A stretch of 64,000 nucleotides of DNA from an uncultured Methanosarcinaceae archaeon (GTDB lineage Archaea; Halobacteriota; Methanosarcinia; Methanosarcinales; Methanosarcinaceae): assembly GCA_963727895.1 (NCBI GenBank), contig CAVSHT010000011.1:192001-256000 (forward strand). The letters run 5' to 3'. Every line of letters starts with the position of its first letter. Within the stretch, counting starts at the first letter, position 1. Positions 14,325-24,227 of the stretch are shown in pieces. A model generated the notes under the pieces. The model was not told the origin of the DNA and made no database searches. It saw only the letters and a list, made by a program, of their open reading frames with translations. The position numbers were made by a program, and so were the translations under genes.

Positions 14325-16966
14325 CAGGCCACCTCCTTGTTAACAACCGAACGGACAATTCTATGGATAGTATCAGGCTTGCTGAAATCGCTCTTTGTAG
14401 GATTGATCCCATCTTCCCCATACTTGAACTGTACGAGCACGCCTCTGGTATCCCTGACAGTAAGGTCATACTGAACTTCGAGATCCTGAAGAGCATTGAC
14501 AAGTCTCCTCTGCAGGTACCCTGACTGCGATGTTCTGACTGCAGTGTCCACAAGACCTTCTCTACCACCAATTGCGTGGAAGAAATATTCGGTTGGGTTT
14601 AACCCGCTCTTGTAACTAGCCTTCACGAATCCATGAGCATCCGAACCAAGGTCTCCCTTTTCGAAATGAGGCAATGTTCTGCCTGCATATCCTCTGCGGA
14701 TACGTTCACCACGTACCGCCTGTTGACCAACGCAGGCTGCCATTTGAGTAAGGTTCAGGATAGAACCTCTGGCACCTGAGCGGGCCATGATAACTGCTGA
14801 ATTTTCAAGTCCCATGTGACTGTCTGCAATGTTACCGGTCTCGTCTCTGGCCTTTCCGAGCTTCTGCATAATGCTCATTTCAATTGTCTCATCAAGGGTT
14901 CTTCCAGGAAGGGGTTCAAGCTCTTTATTTTGATAAGATATAATAAGGTTCTGAACAGCATCTTCAGCTTTGCCTAGGACCTCGTTGATCTGGATCCTTG
15001 CTTCTTTTGGAATATCTTCATCAGCTATTCCGAAACTCAAACCTGTCCGCATGATAGCCCGAATCGCAAGCATTGTCATATTATCTATGAACTTGGACCC
15101 AGCTTCGGGACCTATCTCCTTGATAATTCGATCCTGGATCTTTCCTTTAAATGCTCCGATCGCCGCCTCGTCTATCGTGCCCATGATGAGCTGTCCATCT
15201 CGGATTACCACATAGGCATCATTCGGACACTCTTCTTTCTTACAGGTGTCACAGTGCGAGCAAACCTGGGCTGAAAACTGTGTATTCAGGTTTTTGGGCA
15301 GGATCTGGCTGAAAATCTGTTTTCCTGTCCAGTAAGGCTTCCCCTCTGGATCATACCCTGCAGGTGCAGGCAAATCTCGAGCGCTGCTCTTTCGGAGCAT
15401 ATCGTAAGCATCGTAGCTGGAAATATGATTTTCGAAACGTGTCAGCAAAAAAAGTCCTGAAATGTGGTCGTGGATTCCACCTATAATAGGACCGCCAAAA
15501 CGCGGAGAAAGAATATTTTCCTGAACCTGCATCAGGATCTTTGCCTCAGCCCTGGACTCTTCGGTCTGAAGGGCATGCATGTTCATCTCGTCCCCATCAA
15601 AGTCAGCGTTATATGGAGGACATACAGCAGGATTCAGCCTGAAAGTCTTATTCGGAAATACCTTCACAGAATGAGCCATAATACTCATCTTGTGTAGGGA
15701 CGGCTGCCTGTTAAAGAGTACAATATCTCCATCCTTTAACTGGCGTTCAACTGTCCATCCAAACTCCAGCTTTTCGGCAAGATCATCTTTGTTTACATTG
15801 GTAACTTTTATACGTCTTTCATCACGACGCAGTACGTAGTTTGCTCCGGGATGTACATCTCCCCCATTGCGCACGTAAATTTTGAGCTGTTCTATATTCC
15901 TTGGCGTTACCACCTCGGGCATTGTTAGAGTCCGTGCAATGGGCATAGGAACCCCTACTTCATTAATACTCAGGTTTGGATCAGGCGAGATTACTGTACG
16001 GGCTGAGAAATTAACACGCTTACCCGACAAACTTCCTCTGAAACGACCTTCTTTACCCTTTAAACGCTGAGAAAGGGTTTTTAAAGGTCTGCCTGACCTG
16101 TGCCTTGCAGGAGGAATTCCTGAAACGGAGTTATCAAAGAACGTTGTTACGTGATACTGAAGGAGTTCCCAGAGATCCTCAATAATGAGCTGAGGAGCAC
16201 CAGCTTCCCTGTTTTCCTGGAAACGCTGGTTAATTCTGATAATATCTACCAGTTTGTGGGTCAGGTCATCTTCACTGCGCTGCCCGGATTCAAGAGTAAT
16301 TGAAGGACGAACTGTAACAGGAGGCACGGGAAGAACCGTAAGGATCATCCATTCAGGCCTTGCATTTTTCGGGTCCATCCCAATAACTTTGATGTCTTCG
16401 TCAGGAATATTCTCAAAGCGGTCCCTTATTTCGGTAGGGGTTAATTTTTCTCCGTTTTCGAGATATTCAGTAGGCTTTTCGAATTTAATTTCCAGCTGTT
16501 CCTCATTACAGTAAGGACAGACCTTTACTTTGCTGGCTTCCTTATAAGCCTCGTTAATCACGTCATCAGGCATATGTCCGATTTCTTCAATGCCTGTAAG
16601 CTGGTCCAGATAATGCTGTTTCTGTGCAGGTTCAAGCAGGATCTTGCTGCATTTCCGGCAGGTTGCTCTGAGAAGTTTTCGGATTACCTTGTTGAAACCA
16701 ACATGTACTACCGGAGAAACAAGTTCAATGTGTCCGAAGTGTCCCGGACACTCACCAGCCCGCCCTGAACATGTCTTGCAGCGAAGGCCTGGATCAATAA
16801 CTCCGAGCCTAGTGTCCATAAGCCCCATGTCAATTGGAAATCCGTCATCATCGTAAGTGTCGGCTGTGATAACAGGCGTTGAACTCATTTTACGGATTTC
16901 TTTAGGAGACATTAAGCCGAATTTAATAGAAGAAATTCTTTTCGGAATTGGAGGTACGTTTGCCAT
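14324..16966 (-). CDS. rpoA1: RNA polymerase subunit A' (Rpo1N)
   Basis: Catalytic YNADFDGDEMN, CPGHFGH, bridge helix REGLVDTAVRTSQSGY. Confidence 0.99.
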   Translation of the reverse strand: MANVPPIPKRISSIKFGLMSPKEIRKMSSTPVITADTYDDDGFPIDMGLMDTRLGVIDPGLRCKTCSGRAGECPGHFGHIELVSPVVHVGFNKVIRKLLRATCRKCSKILLEPAQKQHYLDQLTGIEEIGHMPDDVINEAYKEASKVKVCPYCNEEQLEIKFEKPTEYLENGEKLTPTEIRDRFENIPDEDIKVIGMDPKNARPEWMILTVLPVPPVTVRPSITLESGQRSEDDLTHKLVDIIRINQRFQENREAGAPQLIIEDLWELLQYHVTTFFDNSVSGIPPARHRSGRPLKTLSQRLKGKEGRFRGSLSGKRVNFSARTVISPDPNLSINEVGVPMPIARTLTMPEVVTPRNIEQLKIYVRNGGDVHPGANYVLRRDERRIKVTNVNKDDLAEKLEFGWTVERQLKDGDIVLFNRQPSLHKMSIMAHSVKVFPNKTFRLNPAVCPPYNADFDGDEMNMHALQTEESRAEAKILMQVQENILSPRFGGPIIGGIHDHISGLFLLTRFENHISSYDAYDMLRKSSARDLPAPAGYDPEGKPYWTGKQIFSQILPKNLNTQFSAQVCSHCDTCKKEECPNDAYVVIRDGQLIMGTIDEAAIGAFKGKIQDRIIKEIGPEAGSKFIDNMTMLAIRAIMRTGLSFGIADEDIPKEARIQINEVLGKAEDAVQNLIISYQNKELEPLPGRTLDETIEMSIMQKLGKARDETGNIADSHMGLENSAVIMARSGARGSILNLTQMAACVGQQAVRGERIRRGYAGRTLPHFEKGDLGSDAHGFVKASYKSGLNPTEYFFHAIGGREGLVDTAVRTSQSGYLQRRLVNALQDLEVQYDLTVRDTRGVLVQFKYGEDGINPTKSDFSKPDTIHRIVRSVVNKEVA

Positions 16967-16978
16967 ATCTACCTCACC

Positions 16979-18793
16979 TCATACCGCATCTTCAAGGTTA
17001 AGCCTGGGAGCAACTCCCAGAGATTTGATTTCGTCTAGCAGCAACTTGAATGCATAGCTCATTTCAACAGGATATATATCCGTATCAGCTCCACATGTTG
17101 AGCAGAAAGAGACGTTACGCTGCTTATCATACGTTGCAATCATTCCACAGTGAGAGCAGACAAGTTCTACAACCTTGTCAGACTCGTCAAGCAACCTTTC
17201 TTTTAATGACATGGCAGCGCCGTGCCCTACCAGCACATCACGTTCCATTTCTCCGAACCTGAGACCACCTTCTCTGGCTCGACCTTCTGTTGGCTGGCGG
17301 GTAAGCACCTGTACAGGTCCACGTGAACGTGCATGCATTTTTGAAGTAACCATGTGGTGTAGTTTCTGGTAGAGAATTACTCCAACAAAAACATCTGCAG
17401 GGATCATCTTGCCGGTTGCACCATCATAAAAAATCTCTTTTCCGGTATGTGCAAAACCATGTTTTTTCAGAGCGTCTCTGAGATCTTCTTCGTTTTCCCC
17501 TGAGAAAGCTGTTGCATTAATTCTTCGGCCTTCCATTGAACCTACTTTTCCACCAATCATTTCCAGAACGTGTCCCACAGTCATACGAGAAGGAATTGCA
17601 TGCGGGTTAATCATAAGGTCTGGAGTTAAGCCAGATTCCGTAAACGGCATATCTGCAATCGGAACTTTCAGACCGATAACTCCTTTCTGCCCGTGCCTTG
17701 AAGCGAACTTGTCTCCAATATCAGGAATTCGTTCATCTCTGACCTTTACCTTGGAAAGCCTGGTTCCGTTAATGGATTCGGTCAGGATAACCGTATCAAC
17801 AATTCCAGTTTCATTTGACCGCATGGTAATCGAGCTTTCTCTTCTCTGCTCTACTGCAATCCCGAAGTCCGATGGTTCTTCAAGGAACCTTGGAGGACTG
17901 GTTTTTCCGATAAGCACGTCATTAGGGCCAACAGGAGTCTCAGGATTTACAAGTCCATCAGTATCCAGGTTCGCATATGCTTCTGCACTTCTAGATCCAC
18001 GGTACTCTGAATCCGGAATTTCGAATTTGTCTTCCTGCCCACCAGGATATCTTCTTTCTTCTCCTTCAAAAGTTCTGAGGAAGTGACTTCTTCCAAGACC
18101 CCTATCAATTGAGCCTTTATTGAAAATCAGAGCGTCTTCAATGTTATATCCTTCATAAGACAGAATTGCGACCACGAAGTTCTGACCTGCAGGTCTGTCA
18201 TCAAAACCTATTGCTTCACAGGTTCTGGTTCTGGTCATTGCCCTCTGAGGATAGTGAAGAACATGGGCACGAGTATCAGGTCTGAGTTTCTGGTTTGCCG
18301 TAGAGACTCCAATACACTGTTTAATCATAGCTGCACCCATGGTATTACGCGGAGATGCATTATGTTCAGGATAAGGAACCATCCCCGTACAAATTCCAAG
18401 CATAAGTTCTGGATCAATTTCCATGTGAGTATGCCTTGGAGTTAGGTCAGCCTCGTAAAGAGCAATGTATGCATTTTCTTCTTCTTCAGCATCAAGATAC
18501 TCTACACAGCCTTCTTTTACCAGGTCGTCAAAACTGATTTCTTTGTTTTTCAGTTTCTGTACGTGTTCTTCGGTTACCAAAGGAGCCCCATTTTCTACAA
18601 CTAAAAGGGGCCTTCTTGCTCTGCCCATATCGGAGCTTATAATTACTTCCCTTGTACTGTTGTTAAGGGATACATTGACTTGTCTGGATATGAAACCCTG
18701 ACGTCTCATATTTCTAAGCTCATCTACAAGCTCCAAAGGGTTATCATGGGTTCCAACAAGTTCCCCATTTATGAATACTTTTGCTTTAGTCAT
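16979..18793 (-). CDS. rpoB1: RNA polymerase subunit B' (Rpo2C)
   Basis: [32 protein letters not shown]. Confidence 0.99.
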   Translation of the reverse strand: MTKAKVFINGELVGTHDNPLELVDELRNMRRQGFISRQVNVSLNNSTREVIISSDMGRARRPLLVVENGAPLVTEEHVQKLKNKEISFDDLVKEGCVEYLDAEEEENAYIALYEADLTPRHTHMEIDPELMLGICTGMVPYPEHNASPRNTMGAAMIKQCIGVSTANQKLRPDTRAHVLHYPQRAMTRTRTCEAIGFDDRPAGQNFVVAILSYEGYNIEDALIFNKGSIDRGLGRSHFLRTFEGEERRYPGGQEDKFEIPDSEYRGSRSAEAYANLDTDGLVNPETPVGPNDVLIGKTSPPRFLEEPSDFGIAVEQRRESSITMRSNETGIVDTVILTESINGTRLSKVKVRDERIPDIGDKFASRHGQKGVIGLKVPIADMPFTESGLTPDLMINPHAIPSRMTVGHVLEMIGGKVGSMEGRRINATAFSGENEEDLRDALKKHGFAHTGKEIFYDGATGKMIPADVFVGVILYQKLHHMVTSKMHARSRGPVQVLTRQPTEGRAREGGLRFGEMERDVLVGHGAAMSLKERLLDESDKVVELVCSHCGMIATYDKQRNVSFCSTCGADTDIYPVEMSYAFKLLLDEIKSLGVAPRLNLEDAV

Positions 18794-18807
18794 CTGGCAT
18801 CGACCCC

Positions 18808-20454
18808 TTACTCATCAAACATTGATCCGCCATCATCCGTATCTGAGTAATCGTAAAAATCATTATCTTTGAATTTGCTTTCGGTTTCAGAAGACTCTTC
18901 TATTTCTTCCACAATCTCTTCTCCAAACTCATCAAGTAAGGTTTCTTTCATCTTAGCTGGGAGTTCCGGAACCTTTACAACCACACGCTCAACGTTCAGA
19001 TCATAGAGAATTTTCTTTATTCCTTCTGTTTCTTCAATACCTGTGGAAAGTTCAACCATCTCTGCAAAATTTTTCACCAGACCACAGTTCGGACCTTCAG
19101 GAGTTTCCGAAGGGCAGAGCCTTCCCCACTGAGTGGCATGCAGGTCTCTAGCTTCAAAATGAGGTTGAGCACGGGAAAGAGGAGAAATAACACGGCGCAG
19201 ATGAGAAAGAGTCGAAATATAGTCATTTCTATCAAGGAGTTGGGAGACACCTGTTCTTCCTCCGACCCAGTTTCCTGTTGCCAGGGGGTGTTGCAGACGG
19301 TCAGTCAAGACATCTGCCCTGACAATTGTGGCAACGTTCAGTTCCCTATTTCTCATATTTGCGCGTTCAAGCTGGTATTTTATGTCTCTTGCAAGCCTGT
19401 TGAAAGATACTCTAAAAAGGTCTTCCATCAGGTCTCCTGCGAGTTTCAGCCTTTTGTTTGCATAGTGGTCTTTATCATCTTCTGAACGCTTAAAAAGAGC
19501 CAGCTCAAAACAGGACTCCGCCATTCTTGCCAGGAAATGAGCTTTTGCGACCCTGTCTTTCATATCGTTTCCAAGATGCGGGAAAAGATACCTGTCAATA
19601 ACGTAGTTTGCCCTTTTTATCTGGTATTCCTTGGCTTGCCCAGCGGCGACCCTAGCCCCAATTTTTTCGATTGCTTCTTCCTGGGTTTCAACTTCGGCTT
19701 CTTCGAGATTTTCCAGCATGAATTTGATAATTTCGGGATCACTTGAAACTGCATTTACAATATCTTCATCAGTTACAATCCCAAGAGCTCTCATGAGAGT
19801 AATAAAGAAGACTCTGCCTGAAATCGAAGGGAAAGAAACCTCAAGCAAGGATTTTCGTCCTCTTTCTACAATTACGAGTGCCCTATATCCACGTTTCTGG
19901 GAGAATACTTTTGCAACTTCTATAGTATCGCCATATCTCTCGCCATATTCCACAAGAATTTTGTTGGGGGCAAGGTCTTCAAGAGTCATAACCACTCTTT
20001 CGGTACCGCCGATAATGAAATATCCCCCCGGATCAAGGGGGTCTTCTCCATAGCGGACTTTTTCAGTCTCGCTAAGCCCGAGAAGATTACAGATCTTGGA
20101 TTTGATCATGACAGGAAGCTGTCCTATTTTTGCTTCCATAACTTCAGACTCAATCCCCTCTTTTACTACGCTCATTTCAAGGTAGAGAGGACCTGAGTAT
20201 GAAAGGTTCCTGAGTCTTGCTTCGTTTGGATAAAGTTTTTCTATTGCCCCATCTGCTTCTTTTACCACAGGATGTTCTACCCGTATCTTTCCAAGTTTAA
20301 GGTAGGTATCCTCGATATCGGTTTCTATTATTCGCTGTTCATCTATGATTTTTTGCAGCCCGTAATCTATAAACTTGTTAAATGAGTCTATATGGTGCTG
20401 CACTATCTTGTCCTGTGTAAAATAAGCCTGCGACAGTATACTTGTTTCTAACGT
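18808..20454 (-). CDS. rpoB2: RNA polymerase subunit B'' (Rpo2N); start uncertain, possibly non-AUG
   Basis: [38 protein letters not shown] is followed by ATC ATC ACG. Confidence 0.97.
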   Translation of the reverse strand, partial: TLETSILSQAYFTQDKIVQHHIDSFNKFIDYGLQKIIDEQRIIETDIEDTYLKLGKIRVEHPVVKEADGAIEKLYPNEARLRNLSYSGPLYLEMSVVKEGIESEVMEAKIGQLPVMIKSKICNLLGLSETEKVRYGEDPLDPGGYFIIGGTERVVMTLEDLAPNKILVEYGERYGDTIEVAKVFSQKRGYRALVIVERGRKSLLEVSFPSISGRVFFITLMRALGIVTDEDIVNAVSSDPEIIKFMLENLEEAEVETQEEAIEKIGARVAAGQAKEYQIKRANYVIDRYLFPHLGNDMKDRVAKAHFLARMAESCFELALFKRSEDDKDHYANKRLKLAGDLMEDLFRVSFNRLARDIKYQLERANMRNRELNVATIVRADVLTDRLQHPLATGNWVGGRTGVSQLLDRNDYISTLSHLRRVISPLSRAQPHFEARDLHATQWGRLCPSETPEGPNCGLVKNFAEMVELSTGIEETEGIKKILYDLNVERVVVKVPELPAKMKETLLDEFGEEIVEEIEESSETESKFKDNDFYDYSDTDDGGSMFDE

Positions 20455-20615
20455 GATGATAGCACCCTCTTTGCTTATTAAAATGAAAATAAAGAATATG
20501 AGTGAGCTTTGAATCGGCATGTAGTTATTGAATTTTTCCGTACGGTGGTGCATGGAATTCAAAAAGACATTTCCTGAAGAAAACATGATAATGCAAGCGA
20601 TTTACTCCCCTTCGC

Positions 20616-20852
20616 TTACTCTATCACAAGTCTGTAATACTCTGCATCCCCTGCAGTTTGACTCTTTCTTGTGATTTTCACTACATCTCCGACAACAGCC
20701 CCTATCTCTTTACTAACAGGATCCTGCACTTTGAGCTTAGGAAGTTGTTCCTTTTCAATAGAATATTTGCTTAAAACAGACTTTAACTCGCCCTCATACA
20801 TAATTTCATGTTTAGGGACCGACTCATGGTCGAGCAGGCTGAATTTTGTCAA
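20616..20852 (-). CDS. rpoH: RNA polymerase subunit H (Rpo5)
   Basis: HESVPKHEI, QLPKL, GDVVKITRKS; TTG start after GGAGG. Confidence 0.97.
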   Translation of the reverse strand: MTKFSLLDHESVPKHEIMYEGELKSVLSKYSIEKEQLPKLKVQDPVSKEIGAVVGDVVKITRKSQTAGDAEYYRLVIE

Positions 20853-20936
20853 ATCCTTTCCTCCAAAAATAAAGTATTCAAAAAACTTGGTCAAATTTCC
20901 CGCGAATGGCCTTTCCGCCGGGTATAATAAAGAATA

Positions 20937-21013
20937 TGGCGGGCCCGTAGGGATTTGAACCCTAGGCCGACTGGTTAAAAGCCAGTCGCTCTGCCTGACT
21001 GAGCTACGGGCCC
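20937..21013 (-). tRNA. tRNA-Lys(TTT), intronless, encoded CCA
   Basis: GGGCCCGTAGCTCAG...CTGG-CT-TTT-AA-CCAG...GGTTCAAATCC...CGGGCCCGCCA cloverleaf. Confidence 0.97.
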
Positions 21014-21120
21014 ATATTACTTATTCACTTATTTCATCCTGGAGTATTTCATACCACTCTGCAGCCCCGCTGCCTCAGAGGGCACCTCCTACACCAGTGC
21101 AACCCTCTAATTCTGGGTAT

Positions 21121-21136
21121 TCTATAAATAGTTTAT
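21121..21136 (-). promoter_or_regulatory. BRE/TATA promoter for the tRNA-Lys/rpo transcript
   Basis: ATAAACTA-TTTATA-GA on the minus strand about 110 bp upstream of the tRNA. Confidence 0.5.
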
Positions 21137-21504
21137 GGTCAACGGGGGTTGTCTTTCGTTATTATTTTAAAAATACAGTAATTTTATTATATATGTGAAG
21201 GATTTTTTCAGAAATATTCCAGATTTTGCTGGAAAGCTATATTTACGAGAATTTTCACTTTTTAAACTGTAAAGCTAAGAATTAATATGTTCCTCCATAA
21301 TTCTGGCTTCTGGTAAATAGAGAATGTCGCCCCGATATTAAATAACGTCCCAATTTCCTTCAATCCTCCTTTCCAAAAGATATTAACTAAAATTGTTTAA
21401 TTGCCTACTTGACAAGAATAATAAAGTTAAAAACCATATGGAAACTTAAATTTCGTGTGGAAGTCGTTATTAAATCACTATTATTTTTTTCATTACTGTA
21501 AGTT

Positions 21505-23625
21505 TTAACAAATCTTCTTATAATCTTCTGTTACTGTAAACTTAATGACAAACTCAGTCCCGCACGCCCGATTCAACTCAAATTCACCGTCTAACTGTTC
21601 TATCAGAATAGTTACCAATTGCATTCCAAGCGTATCAGAATCTTCCAAACTAATACTTTCAGGTATACCAATTCCATTATCCGAAACAGTCAGGATATAG
21701 TCTATACTTTTGCATTCTTTGTTTTTGATTTCGAATTTGCCGTTTTCACTTTCTAAGTTGAAGTTTTCATTGAAGTTTTCACTTTCTAAATTACAGTTTT
21801 CAGAAATTTCATTCGTGTCTTTAGATAGCGTAATCTGAATTTTTCCATTTTTTCCATCAGAAAATGCATGCTTAAGAGAATTTGAAACAAGCTCGTTAAC
21901 AATCATGCCTAATGGGACTGCAGTATCCATATCAAAAAAAATATTTTCCTCGATTTCTAGAAGCATATCAATTTCTGAAACGCCAACGTTGTAACACTTA
22001 AACAGTTCCTCTGTCAGCTTGCTCAAATACACCGCAAAATTAAGAGTATTGACATCTTTTGATCCATATAGTTCTTCATGTATAAGAGCCATAGAAATAA
22101 CCCTATTCTGGCTGTCTCTAAAAGCTGCAAGAATCTTTGAAGTGTCGCAGACCTCGTCTTGAGTGAACTTTTCCGCCTGTAAATCGAGAAGAGAAGAAAT
22201 TACCTGCAAATTATTTTTAATTCTGTGATGGATTTCTTTTTTACGAGCTTCTTCTATTTTTTTCCGGAAACTTTCAGCTTCTTTCCTCTCTGTGATGTCC
22301 TTCATTATCCCAAGAACTTTATTTGTAAGATAATTTCCCTTTTGAAGATAGACTCCGTGATCTTCAATATGAATGTATTTCCCATCTCTCTTTCTAAAAC
22401 AATATTCCAGCTTGAAGTTTCTCTTATTTTCAGAACATTTTACATTCTGATCGCAGTTTTTTATCTTTTGATCCCATAAATTTTTCTGGTCTTCAGGATG
22501 GACATTGTTTATCCAGAGATTAAGTCCAGCGTTCTGTAATTCTTCATGAGTATATCCTGTAACCTTTTCTATGGCTCCTGCCCAGTAAATTTTATTTTCT
22601 TCAGGATCATACTCGTACACAATCTGACCAGTCTGTTCTGTTACAATCCGATACCTTTCCTCACTTTTCTGAAGCTTTTCTTCAGCTTTTTTACTTTCTG
22701 TTATATCTCTGGCAATAACCGAAATAGCCATAAGCTCTCCAGACATATCAAAAACCGGAGAGGCTCCTGCCCAGTAAATTTTATTTTCTTCAGGATCATA
22801 CTCGTACACAATCTGACCAGTCTGTTCTGTTACAATCCGATACCTTTCCTCACTTTTCTGAAGCTTTTCTTCAGCTTTTTTACTTTCTGTTATATCTCTG
22901 GCAATAACCGAAATAGCCATAAGCTCTCCAGACATATCAAAAACCGGAGAAAAAGTTATTGAGACATCGATAATCTTACCGTCTTTTCTTAACCTTGAAG
23001 TCTTATACTGGTGAATTTTTTCGCCCTGTTTTACCATCTCAGTTAGATTCTGTGTTTCATTTTCCAGTGTACATGGTATTAAGATTGCTGCAGACTTCCC
23101 TAAAATTTCTTCAGCTGAATACCCATAGATATGCTCTGCCCCCAAATTCCAGCTGGTAATGAAACCGTCAAGAGAACGTGTCACAATAGCATCATTTGAC
23201 GATTCCACTATATTAGCTAAGTTCTGAGCTCTCTCTTCTGTTTTTTTACGCTCAATAGAATACTGGATAGAACGTCTTAATAACCTGCCATCTACTTGCC
23301 CTTTAACAATATAGTCCTGAGCGCCTTTCTTTACAGCATCGATCCCTATTTTCTCATTACTCATCCCAGTCAGAATTATAATGGGAATTCGTGAGTTCCT
23401 TGCATGAATTTCAAGAAAAGTATCAATACCATCGCTATCTGGCAACCCTAAATCAGATAATATTATATCAAACGGATTCTCTCGGAGAAGAATCAGACCT
23501 TCATTCAAAGTCTCAACAACTTTAAGCTCATATTGAAAATCGGCAAACTCTTCGAGCATTTCTTCAATTAAGCATGCGTCTCCTAGATTATCCTCAAAAA
23601 GTAAAATTTCAATTTTGTTCTCCAT
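21505..23625 (-). CDS. Hybrid receiver-PAS-PAS-HisKA_2 sensor histidine kinase
   Basis: REC (LFED, DLGLPD, DYIVK), PAS repeats, KEIHHRIKNNLQ, NELVSNSLKH, DNGIG. Confidence 0.95.
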   Translation of the reverse strand: MENKIEILLFEDNLGDACLIEEMLEEFADFQYELKVVETLNEGLILLRENPFDIILSDLGLPDSDGIDTFLEIHARNSRIPIIILTGMSNEKIGIDAVKKGAQDYIVKGQVDGRLLRRSIQYSIERKKTEERAQNLANIVESSNDAIVTRSLDGFITSWNLGAEHIYGYSAEEILGKSAAILIPCTLENETQNLTEMVKQGEKIHQYKTSRLRKDGKIIDVSITFSPVFDMSGELMAISVIARDITESKKAEEKLQKSEERYRIVTEQTGQIVYEYDPEENKIYWAGASPVFDMSGELMAISVIARDITESKKAEEKLQKSEERYRIVTEQTGQIVYEYDPEENKIYWAGAIEKVTGYTHEELQNAGLNLWINNVHPEDQKNLWDQKIKNCDQNVKCSENKRNFKLEYCFRKRDGKYIHIEDHGVYLQKGNYLTNKVLGIMKDITERKEAESFRKKIEEARKKEIHHRIKNNLQVISSLLDLQAEKFTQDEVCDTSKILAAFRDSQNRVISMALIHEELYGSKDVNTLNFAVYLSKLTEELFKCYNVGVSEIDMLLEIEENIFFDMDTAVPLGMIVNELVSNSLKHAFSDGKNGKIQITLSKDTNEISENCNLESENFNENFNLESENGKFEIKNKECKSIDYILTVSDNGIGIPESISLEDSDTLGMQLVTILIEQLDGEFELNRACGTEFVIKFTVTEDYKKIC
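22573..22950. repeat. Perfect 189-bp tandem duplication inside the kinase gene
   Basis: Units start at 22573 and 22762; the 63-aa block SPVFDMSG...KIYWAGA appears twice. Confidence 0.97.
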
Positions 23626-23656
23626 ATCCAGACCGTCCTATCCGATAATTCTGGCC

Positions 23657-24103
23657 TTACCTCGATGGCAACTTTACAATTTCAAGCCAGAAATTTTCGA
23701 TGGACTTAACCACGTTTAGAAACTGATCAAAGTCAACAGGCTTAGTAATATATGCATTGGCATGAAGATTGTAAGATCGCATTATGTCATCTTCAGCTCT
23801 GGAAGTCGTTAAAACCACAACTGGTATATTCTTAAGTTCATCATCTCCTTTAACTTCCTCGAGAACTTCACGTCCGTCTTTTTTTGGTAAATTTAAATCA
23901 AGAAGTATGATGTCTGGTCGTGGAGCCCCTGAAAACTGATCTTTAGCGCGTAAAAAAGAGATTGCTTCTTCTCCATCTTCTGCAATATGAAGAATATTAA
24001 CACTTTTTGCGTCCTCAAAAATTTCTTCAATTAATCCTATGTCTCCTTTGCTGTCCTCTACTAAGAGAATGTCTATAGGTTTAGATGTGATGTGGGTTTC
24101 CAT
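23657..24103 (-). CDS. Single-domain response regulator (Rcp1-like)
   Basis: LLVED, DLNLPKKDG, VLTTS, YITKP, FWLEIVKLP. Confidence 0.95.
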   Translation of the reverse strand: METHITSKPIDILLVEDSKGDIGLIEEIFEDAKSVNILHIAEDGEEAISFLRAKDQFSGAPRPDIILLDLNLPKKDGREVLEEVKGDDELKNIPVVVLTTSRAEDDIMRSYNLHANAYITKPVDFDQFLNVVKSIENFWLEIVKLPSR

Positions 24104-24227
24104 TTATATGACCTTCCTGGGTTGTAAGTCAAGACGGGGTTAGAATTAAAATAAAATATTGAAATTTCCGAAATCGATTATTGAACATGAACCAAATTCT
24201 GGAAAATCAAATTTATGCGACAAAATA

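Noticed and set aside
21014..21110. GC-rich hairpins upstream of tRNA-Lys as a separate ncRNA
   Set aside because: The stems are short and the largest overlaps the predicted start site; most simply a pre-tRNA leader
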